Position numbers and translations under genes: made by a program. The notes below the pieces were generated by a model. The model was not told where the DNA came from and did not search any database. It worked only from the letters and a program-made list of their open reading frames with translations. 64,000 nucleotides of DNA from assembly GCA_963745075.1 (NCBI GenBank), contig CAVUWV010000001.1:288001-352000 (forward strand), given 5' to 3'. Shown here one piece after another: positions 42,051 to 51,902 of the stretch (position 1 is its first letter; the number at the start of each line of letters is the position of its first letter). The stretch is from Candidatus Hydrogenedentota bacterium. Its GTDB lineage: Bacteria; Hydrogenedentota; Hydrogenedentia; Hydrogenedentales; SLHB01.

Positions 42051-43318
42051 GGGGACTCCTTCAAACCAAATAACCGTTTCACCAGATGCAGCACCTTGTG
42101 CGGATCTTCATCCGTCACTTCGCGCTTCAGTTGCCGCATCGGGCGCTGCAGGATGGTGTTTACGATGCGTTTCGTCAGATACGCAATTTCATCGCGTTGC
42201 ATATCGGTCAACTCCGGCAGGGAAGCGAGCGTCTTCTGCAACTCGCGTTCACGGATGCCGTTCAGTTCTTCCGCCATGGAAACAATCGTCGGCTCCGCCA
42301 CTAATCCCTGGAGCCACGCCCAGAATTGATCGACGCCGGCATCGACGATTTGGATGCACCGGTCGATCTCCTGGCGCCGCGCCTCCATATTGGCATCGGC
42401 CACTTGCTGGAGATCGTCCACGTCGTACAAATACACGTTGTCCATCTTCTTCACCGCGGGATCGATGTTGCGCGGAACCGCGATGTCGATGGCGAACATG
42501 GGCGCCTGCGACCGTTTCTTCAATGCTCCCAAAAATTCGTCAGGACCCAGAATGTACGACGGTGCGGCCGTAGACGCGATCACGATATCGGCCCGGGGCA
42601 GGTTCTCGTGAAACGCCTCGAAGGGTACCGGCTCGCCCCGGACCGCCTCCGCCAGCTTGACCGCCTTCTCATGACTGCGGTTGACCAGCAGCACGTTTTC
42701 AACCCCACGCGACACCAGGTTCTTCAAGGTCAGCTCGCCCATTTTCCCAGACCCGACCACCATGACGGTCTTTCCAGCCAGGTCCATGAAAATGGATACC
42801 GCAAGGTCGACCGCCACGCTCCCGATGGATACCTTGCCTTCATTGATACTGCTCTTAGAACGGACATTCTTCGCGACGGAAAACGCTTTCTGAAAGAGGG
42901 CGCTGGTCACCTTGTCCGTCGCTTGTTCGGCCTGCGCCGCCAGGTACGCGTCATGCACCTGACCGAGAATCTGGCCCTCCCCTACGACGAGGCTGTCGAG
43001 GCTGGATGCGACGCGAAAAAGATGCCCCGCGGCCTCCCGGCCCTGGTACTCGTAGAGATTGGATTTGAACTCGGTCTCAGCGACGCGATGCCACTCGGCC
43101 AGGAATTGGCGGATACGAACGGCGAGATCCGCCGTGTCCGCGGCGTGGGCGTAAACCTCCACGCGATTGCACGTGCTCAAAATCACAACACCCGCATCGT
43201 CGAGCGCCTTGCGCAAGGCCAGCAGCGCGTTGGGCAACTCCTTCTCGGGGAAATGCAAACGCTCCCGCAGTTCCACCGGGCTTGAGTGATGACTCAATCC
43301 GACGACCACCACGTTCAT
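42047..43318 (-). CDS. hemA: Glutamyl-tRNA reductase
   Basis: LSTCNRVE, SLDSLVVGE.QILGQV and DIAVPRNI; ATG 43318 overlaps the upstream stop. Confidence 0.96.
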   Translation of the reverse strand: MNVVVVGLSHHSSPVELRERLHFPEKELPNALLALRKALDDAGVVILSTCNRVEVYAHAADTADLAVRIRQFLAEWHRVAETEFKSNLYEYQGREAAGHLFRVASSLDSLVVGEGQILGQVHDAYLAAQAEQATDKVTSALFQKAFSVAKNVRSKSSINEGKVSIGSVAVDLAVSIFMDLAGKTVMVVGSGKMGELTLKNLVSRGVENVLLVNRSHEKAVKLAEAVRGEPVPFEAFHENLPRADIVIASTAAPSYILGPDEFLGALKKRSQAPMFAIDIAVPRNIDPAVKKMDNVYLYDVDDLQQVADANMEARRQEIDRCIQIVDAGVDQFWAWLQGLVAEPTIVSMAEELNGIRERELQKTLASLPELTDMQRDEIAYLTKRIVNTILQRPMRQLKREVTDEDPHKVLHLVKRLFGLKESP

Positions 43319-44163
43319 TGCGTCCCTCTCCAGAAGTTGGCGTCCTGGAGATGAACGAGTCCCAGGACCATGTAGGACGCGAGCAATGCGCCAAACCCGA
43401 TAAACACAAGGTACGCGAGCTTCTGCCCACGCAGCCGCCCCATCCGGCGCGTATGAAAAGCGACCGAATACAGGATGACCATGAAGAATGCACGAACAAT
43501 TTTGGCAGACAGCCACCATCGTGCGCCCAGTTCGTCGTGATCGAAGTAGGCCCAGATGAACCCCAGCACAAACGTGATGGCAAAGAAAACGTATCCATAC
43601 GTAATCAGTTTGAGCAGGGAGCGATCCAGTTGCTCCAGCGAGGGAAGCTTATGGAAGAGCCGGGTCGTGTGCAGCCGTTTGAGGTTGCGCGCCTGGAACA
43701 CGTAGGCAACGCTCGTCAGGCTGGCCACGAAAAACAACGAATACGCCAGGAACGCGAGTCCCACGTGCACCGCCAGAAACACCCCGTTGAGTGCCTTCGG
43801 CTCCTCATGCAAAAACGAGTGATCGGAAACCGCATTGTAGAAATACAGCGCCGCCAAAGCCGGAACGTAAAACGACAACAGGGGCCGAACATTGTTGCTG
43901 TGCACGATATACAGGGCGATCACCGTGCCTAACAGCACGAACAAATTGAGCGAATCCCCCATCGTCGTCAGCGGCAACAGGCCGAACATGCTCCAGCGGA
44001 TAATGAACAGGACGAGCAACAACGCGCATCCCGCCGCCATCAGCCCGCTCAGCGTGGACAAGGTCCGCGTACTACCAGCCCGCAAATACACGAGTGCGAG
44101 AATTCCGGCGCTCAGATACAAGGCCAGTCCCGCGAAGAATAAGATGTCTACCGTAAGTGTCAT
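43315..44163 (-). CDS. Cytochrome c assembly family (CcsA/HemX-like) membrane protein
   Basis: About 8 hydrophobic segments; HVGLAFLAY, LPSLEQLD and GFIWA...WW..K. Confidence 0.85.
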   Translation of the reverse strand: MTLTVDILFFAGLALYLSAGILALVYLRAGSTRTLSTLSGLMAAGCALLLVLFIIRWSMFGLLPLTTMGDSLNLFVLLGTVIALYIVHSNNVRPLLSFYVPALAALYFYNAVSDHSFLHEEPKALNGVFLAVHVGLAFLAYSLFFVASLTSVAYVFQARNLKRLHTTRLFHKLPSLEQLDRSLLKLITYGYVFFAITFVLGFIWAYFDHDELGARWWLSAKIVRAFFMVILYSVAFHTRRMGRLRGQKLAYLVFIGFGALLASYMVLGLVHLQDANFWRGTQ

Positions 44164-44419
44164 GGCTCCGTGCTCGAATCATGCTCCGGTTGGTTCCGTC
44201 TCGCTGCCTGGAGGTTCTGGAAACTGCGGTTAGTTGCAGGTTTGCGGACCTCCCGGAACTTCTCGCGAACGAATCGGAATTGCAGCCCACATTTCGCCCC
44301 TAGGATACCACATCTTACGACAGCGACACGACTTGCCCAAAGATGAAACGTGCCGGTCGCGATGACCGTATTTACGGCAGGTGAGCACCCGTCTCACATT
44401 CATCACACCCACACTCCTA

Positions 44420-44604
44420 CTCGCAATCGCAATCGTACAATCGTACTCGTACTCGTACTCGTACTCGTACTCGCAATCGCAATCGCAATCGCAATCGCAA
44501 TCGTACTCGTACTCGCAATCGTACTCGTACTCGCAATCGTACTCGTAATCGATCGTAATCGTAATCGTAATCGTAATCGTAATCGTAATCGTAATCGTAA
44601 TCGT
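44420..44604. repeat. Long hexamer tandem tract (C/A)TCG(T/C)A, about 30 units
   Basis: Direct reading; produces spurious low-complexity ORFs in several frames. Confidence 0.92.
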
Positions 44605-44842
44605 CCGTGTAGGTCCGGCAAATCCACCCAATCGCTATCGCAATGTGTAATCTCCGTAAGCCTAATCGGGCCGCAGTGGGTTGACCGGGGCACGCGTCAC
44701 CCGTACCGTCGGTACCCGGCCATCACCCTGCTTCGTCACCGATTACTCGGGAAGGATAATCATAATGCTCCGTTCGTTGTCCCTATGTTCCGTCGTTCTC
44801 TCCACGCGTGCGGTTGCGGTCAGCCCTCCGTCGAATGGACGT

Positions 44843-45121
44843 ATGACCTGGAAAAACCAGCCGCGGCGCCGCGCCCTGTACCTGCTCCAGGCCGAGATTG
44901 ACCGGGCCCGCCACGAGGGCCGTGACGGTGATGCCGAATCTGCGCAAGCGCTTTTGAATGAGGCGGTTATGAATGTTGCGTGCTGGCAGGTGGGCACCAT
45001 CGATGAGATTACGCGCTTCACCCGCGACGACGAAATCGATTTCGACCAACTACGCGATTACCGGACGCGTATCGCTCTCGAAATCATGCGCTTACGCGGT
45101 ATTACCCCCCCAGCGGAATGA
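44843..45121 (+). CDS. Small helical hypothetical protein
   Basis: 92-aa ORF (MTWKNQPRRRALYLLQAEIDRAR...) with protein-like composition; start uncertain. Confidence 0.55.
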   Translation: MTWKNQPRRRALYLLQAEIDRARHEGRDGDAESAQALLNEAVMNVACWQVGTIDEITRFTRDDEIDFDQLRDYRTRIALEIMRLRGITPPAE

Positions 45122-45283
45122 GCGTCTCTGTTCGCCTGCGTGACGCGTCCCAAAAACAGCGGGCCAAGTCGTTATTCCAGTGCATTAAACCACTTGCGGA
45201 TGTAATGGCGCCTCTTCGCCATTGTACGTATAATAGAGGATTGCGGGAGGGACCCCAGTGCTTGACGTTTTTGGTTCAGTGAG

Positions 45284-47005
45284 GTGCATGCTGTGACGAC
45301 GCTCCGCTCGCTCAGTCCGCGTGGGTCCGTTCTTCTCCTGGCAGCGGGTATCATGCTCATGGCCGGTCCGTCGCCGTGTGCCTGGGCTGACGCCGCCATC
45401 AACATCCGAAACGCCTCCGGGTTTCCCGTCAGTACCACCGTGGTGGGCGTGAATTTCAGCTCGACGGACGACGCCGTGGCCGTTAATTTCCGGGTGAATT
45501 ACGATCCTACCAAGCTGAAATACGTCTCTGCCGAGGCCGGTTCTGCAACCGAAGCCGCTGATAAGGAAGTCGCGGACGAAGAACCATCGAACGGCGTCGT
45601 GTCCATCGTCATATTCGGGTTGAACGATAATGTCATTCCCAGCGGCCGGATCGTGAACCTGCTTTTCATCATCAAGAGCACCGCCACCGTCGGTCAAAAC
45701 CTCGCGCTCGTGGGATCGAATCAGGCTTCAACGGACACCAACGCGCAGCCGATTGCCACGACCATATCGGATGGCGCCATTTCCGTGACGCAGTGCACCG
45801 CTCCCGACGCGCCCACCGCATTCCACGCCAGCGACGGCGATTATGGGGACCACGTCGAGCTTTCGTGGAACGCCGCAAACGGCGCCGCTACCTACACGGT
45901 GTATCGAAACAGCAGCAATAATTTCGCCACTGCAACGCTGCTTGCGGTTACTACGGAAACGGAATACAACGACTACGGCGCTGCCGCTGCGACATTGCAA
46001 TCGTCCGGGGGGTGTGGCTCTAGCTCCACACTGTCGTTTACCAGCCATTACTACTGGGTTGTGGCCAATAACCTATGCGATAAGAGCGACCCCGTCGGCG
46101 CCGATTCGGGGTTCCGCGGCGGCTCCAAGTCAATCGCCTCGGCTATCACGTATGAAACGGTGCTTCCCCAAGGAGATATCGCACCGGAGGACACACTCGC
46201 GATCCGGCTCCGCGCCGATGCGCCCATCGTTTCGGTCTGGGGGTACGTTACCGCCACAAACTTCGAAGATTCGGCAGTGGATTGGGTCCCGGTTCCCGGG
46301 ACCGAAACCGGTGATGGCTGGGTCACGTATCGGCCCTCCGGCGTCTGGTTCCCCGGGGAACTGGTCACCATGATCGTCGGCGGCGAGACCACCGCCGGTG
46401 ATTCCGTGGGTCCATTGTCGTATGCATTCACGGTTCAAGAAGACGTGGCGGCAAAGGCCGCCGCTTCGGTCCAGCAGCCCCAGTACTCCGCATTCGACGG
46501 CAAAGGGCTGCTTTCGGCCAATGAAGACCAAAGCGCTTCGAGTTTGACCGAAGCGACCGAAACCCTGCTTGACTTGCCGGGCGCCGTTACCGGCACGTAC
46601 CGCATTGTCCCCGACGGTCCTTACACCGTTCCGCAACGCGTATGGATTCCGGTGCCGGGCGATGTTTCCGCCGATGCGCTGTCCCCCTATTACTTCCACG
46701 GGAATGGCGCACATGGCGCCTGGTATCCGGGGCAAAACGTGGAAGGCTGGCTGGCGCCGGGCAGTTCGTTGGTGCTGGACCTCAACGGCACGACCTACTA
46801 CGGTATTCTGGTCAATCACGGCGGTACCGTTGCCCTGGGGTTGCGCGATGCCCCTACACTTCCCGCAAACGCCTCCATGTCTCCATCCGACCAACTCTTC
46901 GCCGGATTCCCCGAAAATGTGCTCCTGCTGGCCCTCGTGCTCGCGATTCTTGGGCTGTCCCAGATCCGTTCCAACCGCCGCCGCCGCACCCTTCCCACGA
47001 ACTAA
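45284..47005 (+). CDS. Surface protein: cohesin-like domain, FN3-like domain and C-terminal membrane anchor
   Basis: Signal peptide; NFRVNYDPTKLKYVS...G cohesin-like motif; ASDG.Y.DHVELSW...YTVYR...YYWV; hydrophobic tail followed by RRRR. Confidence 0.75.
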   Translation: MHAVTTLRSLSPRGSVLLLAAGIMLMAGPSPCAWADAAINIRNASGFPVSTTVVGVNFSSTDDAVAVNFRVNYDPTKLKYVSAEAGSATEAADKEVADEEPSNGVVSIVIFGLNDNVIPSGRIVNLLFIIKSTATVGQNLALVGSNQASTDTNAQPIATTISDGAISVTQCTAPDAPTAFHASDGDYGDHVELSWNAANGAATYTVYRNSSNNFATATLLAVTTETEYNDYGAAAATLQSSGGCGSSSTLSFTSHYYWVVANNLCDKSDPVGADSGFRGGSKSIASAITYETVLPQGDIAPEDTLAIRLRADAPIVSVWGYVTATNFEDSAVDWVPVPGTETGDGWVTYRPSGVWFPGELVTMIVGGETTAGDSVGPLSYAFTVQEDVAAKAAASVQQPQYSAFDGKGLLSANEDQSASSLTEATETLLDLPGAVTGTYRIVPDGPYTVPQRVWIPVPGDVSADALSPYYFHGNGAHGAWYPGQNVEGWLAPGSSLVLDLNGTTYYGILVNHGGTVALGLRDAPTLPANASMSPSDQLFAGFPENVLLLALVLAILGLSQIRSNRRRRTLPTN

Positions 47006-47479
47006 CCAAAAACCACAGTCGAAGTGATGGTCCCGTTCAGCTCCGCCTTTTCGTGTCACACGCGCGGCGTGGCAGTGATCTTCCGGCTAAAACCGCCATG
47101 GTCTCGTTCAACTCCCGTCTCCAAGTTGAGTGCCCCTGCCCCACAACCCCCCCCTCACGGTCCTTTGGACAAAGTCTCTGCAAGTTGCTGTTTTTGAATG
47201 CCCTTGTCCGGTAGCGCCCGCAACACCTGCATCCCGTTTCAAATCTCAAATTTGAAAATTCTTTCTCCCCTCTTAAATCGGTGCAAATCCGTGTAATCTG
47301 TGGACCACCACTCTTGTGTTTATCTGCGAGCATCTGCGCCATCTGCGGTCAAGCTCTTTCTCCTTCGTTGCGCCGATGCTGCGATAAGTCGTTCAAATTA
47401 CGTCGCGGTGATCCCGTGCGGGGCCACAATTCACCTTCCTGCGGCTTCGTCATAACCCAATTTGTGGGCATATTTTGCG

Positions 47480-47508
47480 TTGACAACCGCTATATGTTGT
47501 GGTATCGT
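47480..47508 (+). promoter_or_regulatory. Sigma70-type promoter upstream of fliQ
   Basis: TTGACA (47480-47485), 17-bp spacer, then TGn-TATCGT (47503-47508). Confidence 0.6.
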
Positions 47509-47607
47509 GCCCATTAGCGGATTTAGGCCTCTATGGGTTGGATGGGATCTCCAAGTAATCGCCTAAATCATTGGGGTGGAATAGTTTCGCGTAAAAGGGC
47601 TCGCACG

Positions 47608-47877
47608 ATGAACGCGGATACCGTATTGGATTTGGGCCGCAACGCCATGTACATCACGCTACTGGTGTCCGCGCCCATGCTGCTCTCCGGCATGATCGTC
47701 GGATTGCTGATCAGCGTCTTTCAGTCCGTCACGCAAATCCAGGAAATCACCCTCACCTTTGTCCCCAAGATTATCGTCGTCATGGTGGCGTTTGCGATCT
47801 TCATGCCCTGGATGCTTTCGCTATTGTTGACCTTCGTACGTCCCTTGTTTGGTGATTTTCATGTGCTCGTGCTGTAA
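47608..47877 (+). CDS. fliQ: Flagellar export protein FliQ
   Basis: VGLLISVFQSVTQIQEITLTFVPK; 89 aa. Confidence 0.95.
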   Translation: MNADTVLDLGRNAMYITLLVSAPMLLSGMIVGLLISVFQSVTQIQEITLTFVPKIIVVMVAFAIFMPWMLSLLLTFVRPLFGDFHVLVL

Positions 47878-47906
47878 CACAGCCCTAGCTGCGCGCGGAT
47901 TCCTGT

Positions 47907-48677
47907 ATGGTTTTTGAGGTCGAGGTATTCAAAGTCTTCTTGCTCGTACTGGCCCGTTTCAGCGGTCTCATGGTGTCGGCGCCGGTGCTGAGTTCCCGCA
48001 ACTTCCCGGTCATGGTCAAGGCCGGTCTTGCCGCACTGTCCGCCATTCTCATTACCCCCACGATCCCGCAATTCGGAACGACGCTGCCGGACGATCCCGT
48101 CGCGTTCGCGCTGATGGGAGCCGGAGAGTTCTCGATCGGATTGCTGATGGGATTCACGATGACCCTCGTCTTCGCCGCCATTCAGGTGGCCGGTCAATTG
48201 TTGGATATGTTGACGGGCTTTGCCCTGATGAACGTGTTCAATCCGGCCCTCGAGACGCAAGTGCCCATCTTCGGCTTCTTCCTGTTCATCATGGCCGCGC
48301 TGTACCTCCTGCTCTTGAACGGACACCACGTCATGATCCGCGCCATGGCCATGTCGTTCCAGCGCGTCCCGTTGGGCGGCTTTGTCCTCGATCCAGCGCT
48401 CCTGCGGGAAGTCAGCACCTGGGGTCGCCTCATGTTCTACGACGGCCTCATGATCGCCGCCCCCGTGGCCGGCGCGCTGTTGTTGGCCTACGTCACCATG
48501 GGGCTCCTGGGACGCCTCGTGCCCCAGATTCACCTGTTTGTGGTCGGCTTTCCGTTAACCATCGCGATGGGGCTGCTCTTGGTGGCCTTCTCTTTGTCGA
48601 TGTACTTCCATTATCTCGACAACATGTTTGTCCAAATGTTCCGTAACGTCAACACCGTAATGCGGGCAATGAGTTAG
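47907..48677 (+). CDS. fliR: Flagellar export protein FliR
   Basis: Hydrophobic 256 aa; AGQLLD..TGF, NGHH and RLVPQI.LFVVGFP. Confidence 0.95.
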   Translation: MVFEVEVFKVFLLVLARFSGLMVSAPVLSSRNFPVMVKAGLAALSAILITPTIPQFGTTLPDDPVAFALMGAGEFSIGLLMGFTMTLVFAAIQVAGQLLDMLTGFALMNVFNPALETQVPIFGFFLFIMAALYLLLLNGHHVMIRAMAMSFQRVPLGGFVLDPALLREVSTWGRLMFYDGLMIAAPVAGALLLAYVTMGLLGRLVPQIHLFVVGFPLTIAMGLLLVAFSLSMYFHYLDNMFVQMFRNVNTVMRAMS

Positions 48678-48684
48678 CGATACC

Positions 48685-49797
48685 ATGGCAGAAGATTCCG
48701 GCGGCGAAAAAAGCTTACCAGCTTCCCAAACGAAGATTCAGAAAGCCCGGGAAGATGGAAACGTCCCCAAAAGCCAGGACTTGGGATCCGCCTGGTCGTT
48801 GCTGGTTGCGCTCATCGCCTTGTGGTACCTGGGTCCCGACCTCTTTCAAAACATGCTCGACGCAACGCGCCACTACTTCGCCAACTTCGCCCACGTAGAG
48901 ATGGGGCCCGACACTTTCCACTTGCTTGGGTTGGATGCCATGCAGCGCATGGCAATTATCTTGTTGCCCTTCGCCATTGCCGTGACCGTGGCGGGTCTTG
49001 CCTTGAACGTAATTCAGGTCGGCTTTCTCTTTTCGCCGAAAGCGATACAACCAAAGTTGGAGCGGCTCAATCCGCTCGCCGGATTCAAAAAGTTCTTCAG
49101 CGGGCGCAGCGCTTTTGAACTGCTCAAGTCCGTCCTCAAACTGACCGTCGTGTCGATCATCGTCTACTACACCATCCGCGACCGTTGGGGCGAGCTGGTT
49201 TCCACCATGCACCTGTTTCCCGCTGCGATGACGGTCGTCGTGGCCAAGCTGGTGGGCTTGGTCTGGTTCCGGTCGGTACTGGCTATGCTCGTCCTCGGTA
49301 TCCTGGATTACGGCTTTCAGCGGTGGCAATACGGCCGGGATCTCATGATGACGGTCCAGGAAGCCAAGGAAGAGATGAAGCAACTGGAAGGCGATCCGCG
49401 TATCAAGCAGCGCATTCGCCAAATCCAGCGTCAGATGGCCATGAAACGAATGATGGCCGAGGTGCCCGAAGCGGACGTTGTCATCACCAACCCGATTCGC
49501 TTCGCCGTGGCGCTTCGCTACGACGTGAATACGATGGAAGCGCCCGTCGTGGTCGCCAAGGGCGCACGCTTACTGGCAAAGCGCATCCGCGAAATCGCCG
49601 AAGAGCACGACGTGCCCATCGTGGAAAAACCAGAACTGGCGCGCGCGCTCTTCAAAAACATCGACGTCGGCCAATCCGTGCCGGAACACCTCTTCCGCGC
49701 CGTGGCCGAAGTGCTGGCCTTCGTGTACAAGATCGACCGGCGCGAAGAGAAGCGCCGTGAACGGGCCGCGACGGCGACCGCGCCGGCCCATGGGTAA
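48685..49797 (+). CDS. flhB: Flagellar export protein FlhB
   Basis: KAREDGNVPKS, EGDP.IK, DVVITNPIRFAVAL and VVAKG. Confidence 0.95.
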   Translation: MAEDSGGEKSLPASQTKIQKAREDGNVPKSQDLGSAWSLLVALIALWYLGPDLFQNMLDATRHYFANFAHVEMGPDTFHLLGLDAMQRMAIILLPFAIAVTVAGLALNVIQVGFLFSPKAIQPKLERLNPLAGFKKFFSGRSAFELLKSVLKLTVVSIIVYYTIRDRWGELVSTMHLFPAAMTVVVAKLVGLVWFRSVLAMLVLGILDYGFQRWQYGRDLMMTVQEAKEEMKQLEGDPRIKQRIRQIQRQMAMKRMMAEVPEADVVITNPIRFAVALRYDVNTMEAPVVVAKGARLLAKRIREIAEEHDVPIVEKPELARALFKNIDVGQSVPEHLFRAVAEVLAFVYKIDRREEKRRERAATATAPAHG

Positions 49798-49819
49798 TCG
49801 GGCAGAGGAATAGGAAGAA

Positions 49820-51901
49820 GTGGCAGCGACACAACCAGAACTCGCCGCACCGCGATGGAACCTGATGCGCAATCAGGATATCGCGTTGGCGCTCTGCGTG
49901 GTCGTGATCCTGCTGGTGCTGGTTATTCCAATTCCCACGTGGACGCTCGATATCCTCCTCACGTTGAATATCTCCCTCGCGGTCGTCGTGTTGATGGCGA
50001 CCATCTACCTCCAGCGTCCCGTCGAGTTCGCCGTGTTTCCCTCCATGTTGCTCATGCTGACCCTGTTCCGGCTGAGTCTGAACGTGGCCTCGACCCGTCT
50101 CATTCTCGCCAATGCCAACGCGGGCCAGGTAATCAGCGCTTTCGGCGGGTTCGTCACCAGCGGCAGCTACGTCGTCGGTATTGTGATCTTCTCCATCCTG
50201 GTCGTAATCCAATTCGTGGTCATTACCCGAGGCGCGACGCGCATTTCCGAAGTGGCCGCCCGCTTCACCTTGGATGCCATGCCGGGCAAGCAGATGGGCG
50301 TGGATGCCGATCTGAACGCGGGGCTTATCACCGAAGATCAGGCCCGCGAACGCCGCCGGTCCATCGAAAAGGAAGCCGACTTCTACGGCGCCATGGACGG
50401 TGCCACCAAGTTCGTTCGAGGCGACGCCATTGCCGGGATCATCATCACGCTGGTGAACATCATCGGAGGATTGATCATCGGAACCGTCTTGCAGGGGCGT
50501 CCCGTCGTTGAATCGCTTCAGGTGTACACCAACCTCACCATCGGCGACGGCCTCGTGTCCCAGGTTCCCGCGCTGGTCATCTCCACCGCGGCCGGTCTCA
50601 TCGTTACGCGGACGGTTTCGGAGGACCACCTCGGATTTGACCTTTCTCGCCAGCTCATGCGGTATCCGCGCGCCCTCGGACTCAGCGCGATTCTCCTGGG
50701 CTTCATGGGAATCGTCCCAGGGATGCCGACGGTGCCCTTCCTGGGCGTTGCAATGCTCCTGGGTATCTTGGCGTTCCAATCGGGACAGACCATACAGCGC
50801 GAGCGGGAAACCATGCAGGCCCGTGAAGCGGCGACGGAAGAAGCGGCCGCGACCGAAGAACCCGCGCGCACGGAGGACCTGCTGACTATCGATCCACTCA
50901 AAATCGAACTCGGATACGGCCTCATTGCACTGGCCGACCCAAAACAGGGCGGCGACCTTCTCACGCGCATCCAGGTGATTCGACAGCAGATGGCTACCAA
51001 GATGGGCTTCATCGTGCCCGTCGTCCGTATCGTCGACAATATGCGGCTGCGCCCAAACGAATACCGAATCAAGTTGCGCGAAGCCGAGATCGCGCGCTTC
51101 GAACTCATGCCCGAACATTACCTCGCCATGAGTTCGGGTCTGGTCGACGAGGAAATCGACGGCATCGACACACAAGAGCCGGCGTTCGGCTTGAAGGCGA
51201 CATGGGTATCACAAGCCCAACGCGACCGCGCCGAGCGGTTGGGCTACACCATCGTCGAACCTTCGGCGGTGTTGGCCACACACCTCACCGAAATCCTCAT
51301 GACCTACGCGCCCGACCTGCTGACGCGCCAGGACACGCAGAACCTCATCGAACACATCAAGGAATCCGCCAAGAGCGTCGTCGAAGAACTCCTGCCCAAC
51401 GTGCTGTCGCTGGGCGAAGTGCAGAAGGTCCTGCAAAACCTCCTGCGCGAACGGGTCTCCGTACGAAACCTCGAATCTATTCTCGAAGTATTGGCGGACT
51501 TCGGACCCCGCACACGCGACATCGAAGTGCTCACGGAATATGCCCGCCACGCGCTGGCCCGCCAGATCTGTGTCGAGTATGCGGACGAAGAAGCCGTCCT
51601 CCGCGTGGTCACCCTGTCGCCGGAGATCGAGCGGGAAATCCTCGAAGCCGTCCGCAAAGCCGAAACGGGCGAGTACATCCCCATCGAGCCCGGCCGTGCC
51701 GACGATTTGGCCCGCAAGACCGTGCAGGCGGTGCAACCGCTCGTGCTCGGTGGGCAGGACCCGATCGTCCTCACGTCGGCTCAGGTGCGCCGCTATTTCA
51801 AACGCGTGGTTGAACGGCAGATGCCGAAAATTGTCGTGCTTTCCTACAACGAAATCGATCCCGCCGTGCGGCTCGAGAGCGAAGGGCAGGTGAGCGACTA
51901 G
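49820..51901 (+). CDS. flhA: Flagellar export protein FlhA
   Basis: RISEVAARFTLDAMPGKQM, FYGAMDGATKFVRGDA and VLSYNEI. Confidence 0.97.
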   Translation: MAATQPELAAPRWNLMRNQDIALALCVVVILLVLVIPIPTWTLDILLTLNISLAVVVLMATIYLQRPVEFAVFPSMLLMLTLFRLSLNVASTRLILANANAGQVISAFGGFVTSGSYVVGIVIFSILVVIQFVVITRGATRISEVAARFTLDAMPGKQMGVDADLNAGLITEDQARERRRSIEKEADFYGAMDGATKFVRGDAIAGIIITLVNIIGGLIIGTVLQGRPVVESLQVYTNLTIGDGLVSQVPALVISTAAGLIVTRTVSEDHLGFDLSRQLMRYPRALGLSAILLGFMGIVPGMPTVPFLGVAMLLGILAFQSGQTIQRERETMQAREAATEEAAATEEPARTEDLLTIDPLKIELGYGLIALADPKQGGDLLTRIQVIRQQMATKMGFIVPVVRIVDNMRLRPNEYRIKLREAEIARFELMPEHYLAMSSGLVDEEIDGIDTQEPAFGLKATWVSQAQRDRAERLGYTIVEPSAVLATHLTEILMTYAPDLLTRQDTQNLIEHIKESAKSVVEELLPNVLSLGEVQKVLQNLLRERVSVRNLESILEVLADFGPRTRDIEVLTEYARHALARQICVEYADEEAVLRVVTLSPEIEREILEAVRKAETGEYIPIEPGRADDLARKTVQAVQPLVLGGQDPIVLTSAQVRRYFKRVVERQMPKIVVLSYNEIDPAVRLESEGQVSD

Positions 51902-51902
51902 T

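Noticed and set aside
44230..44901. Low-complexity ORFs (ITITIT, RLRLRL, VLVLVL)
   Set aside because: Translations of the hexamer tract; the same applies at 35851-36359.
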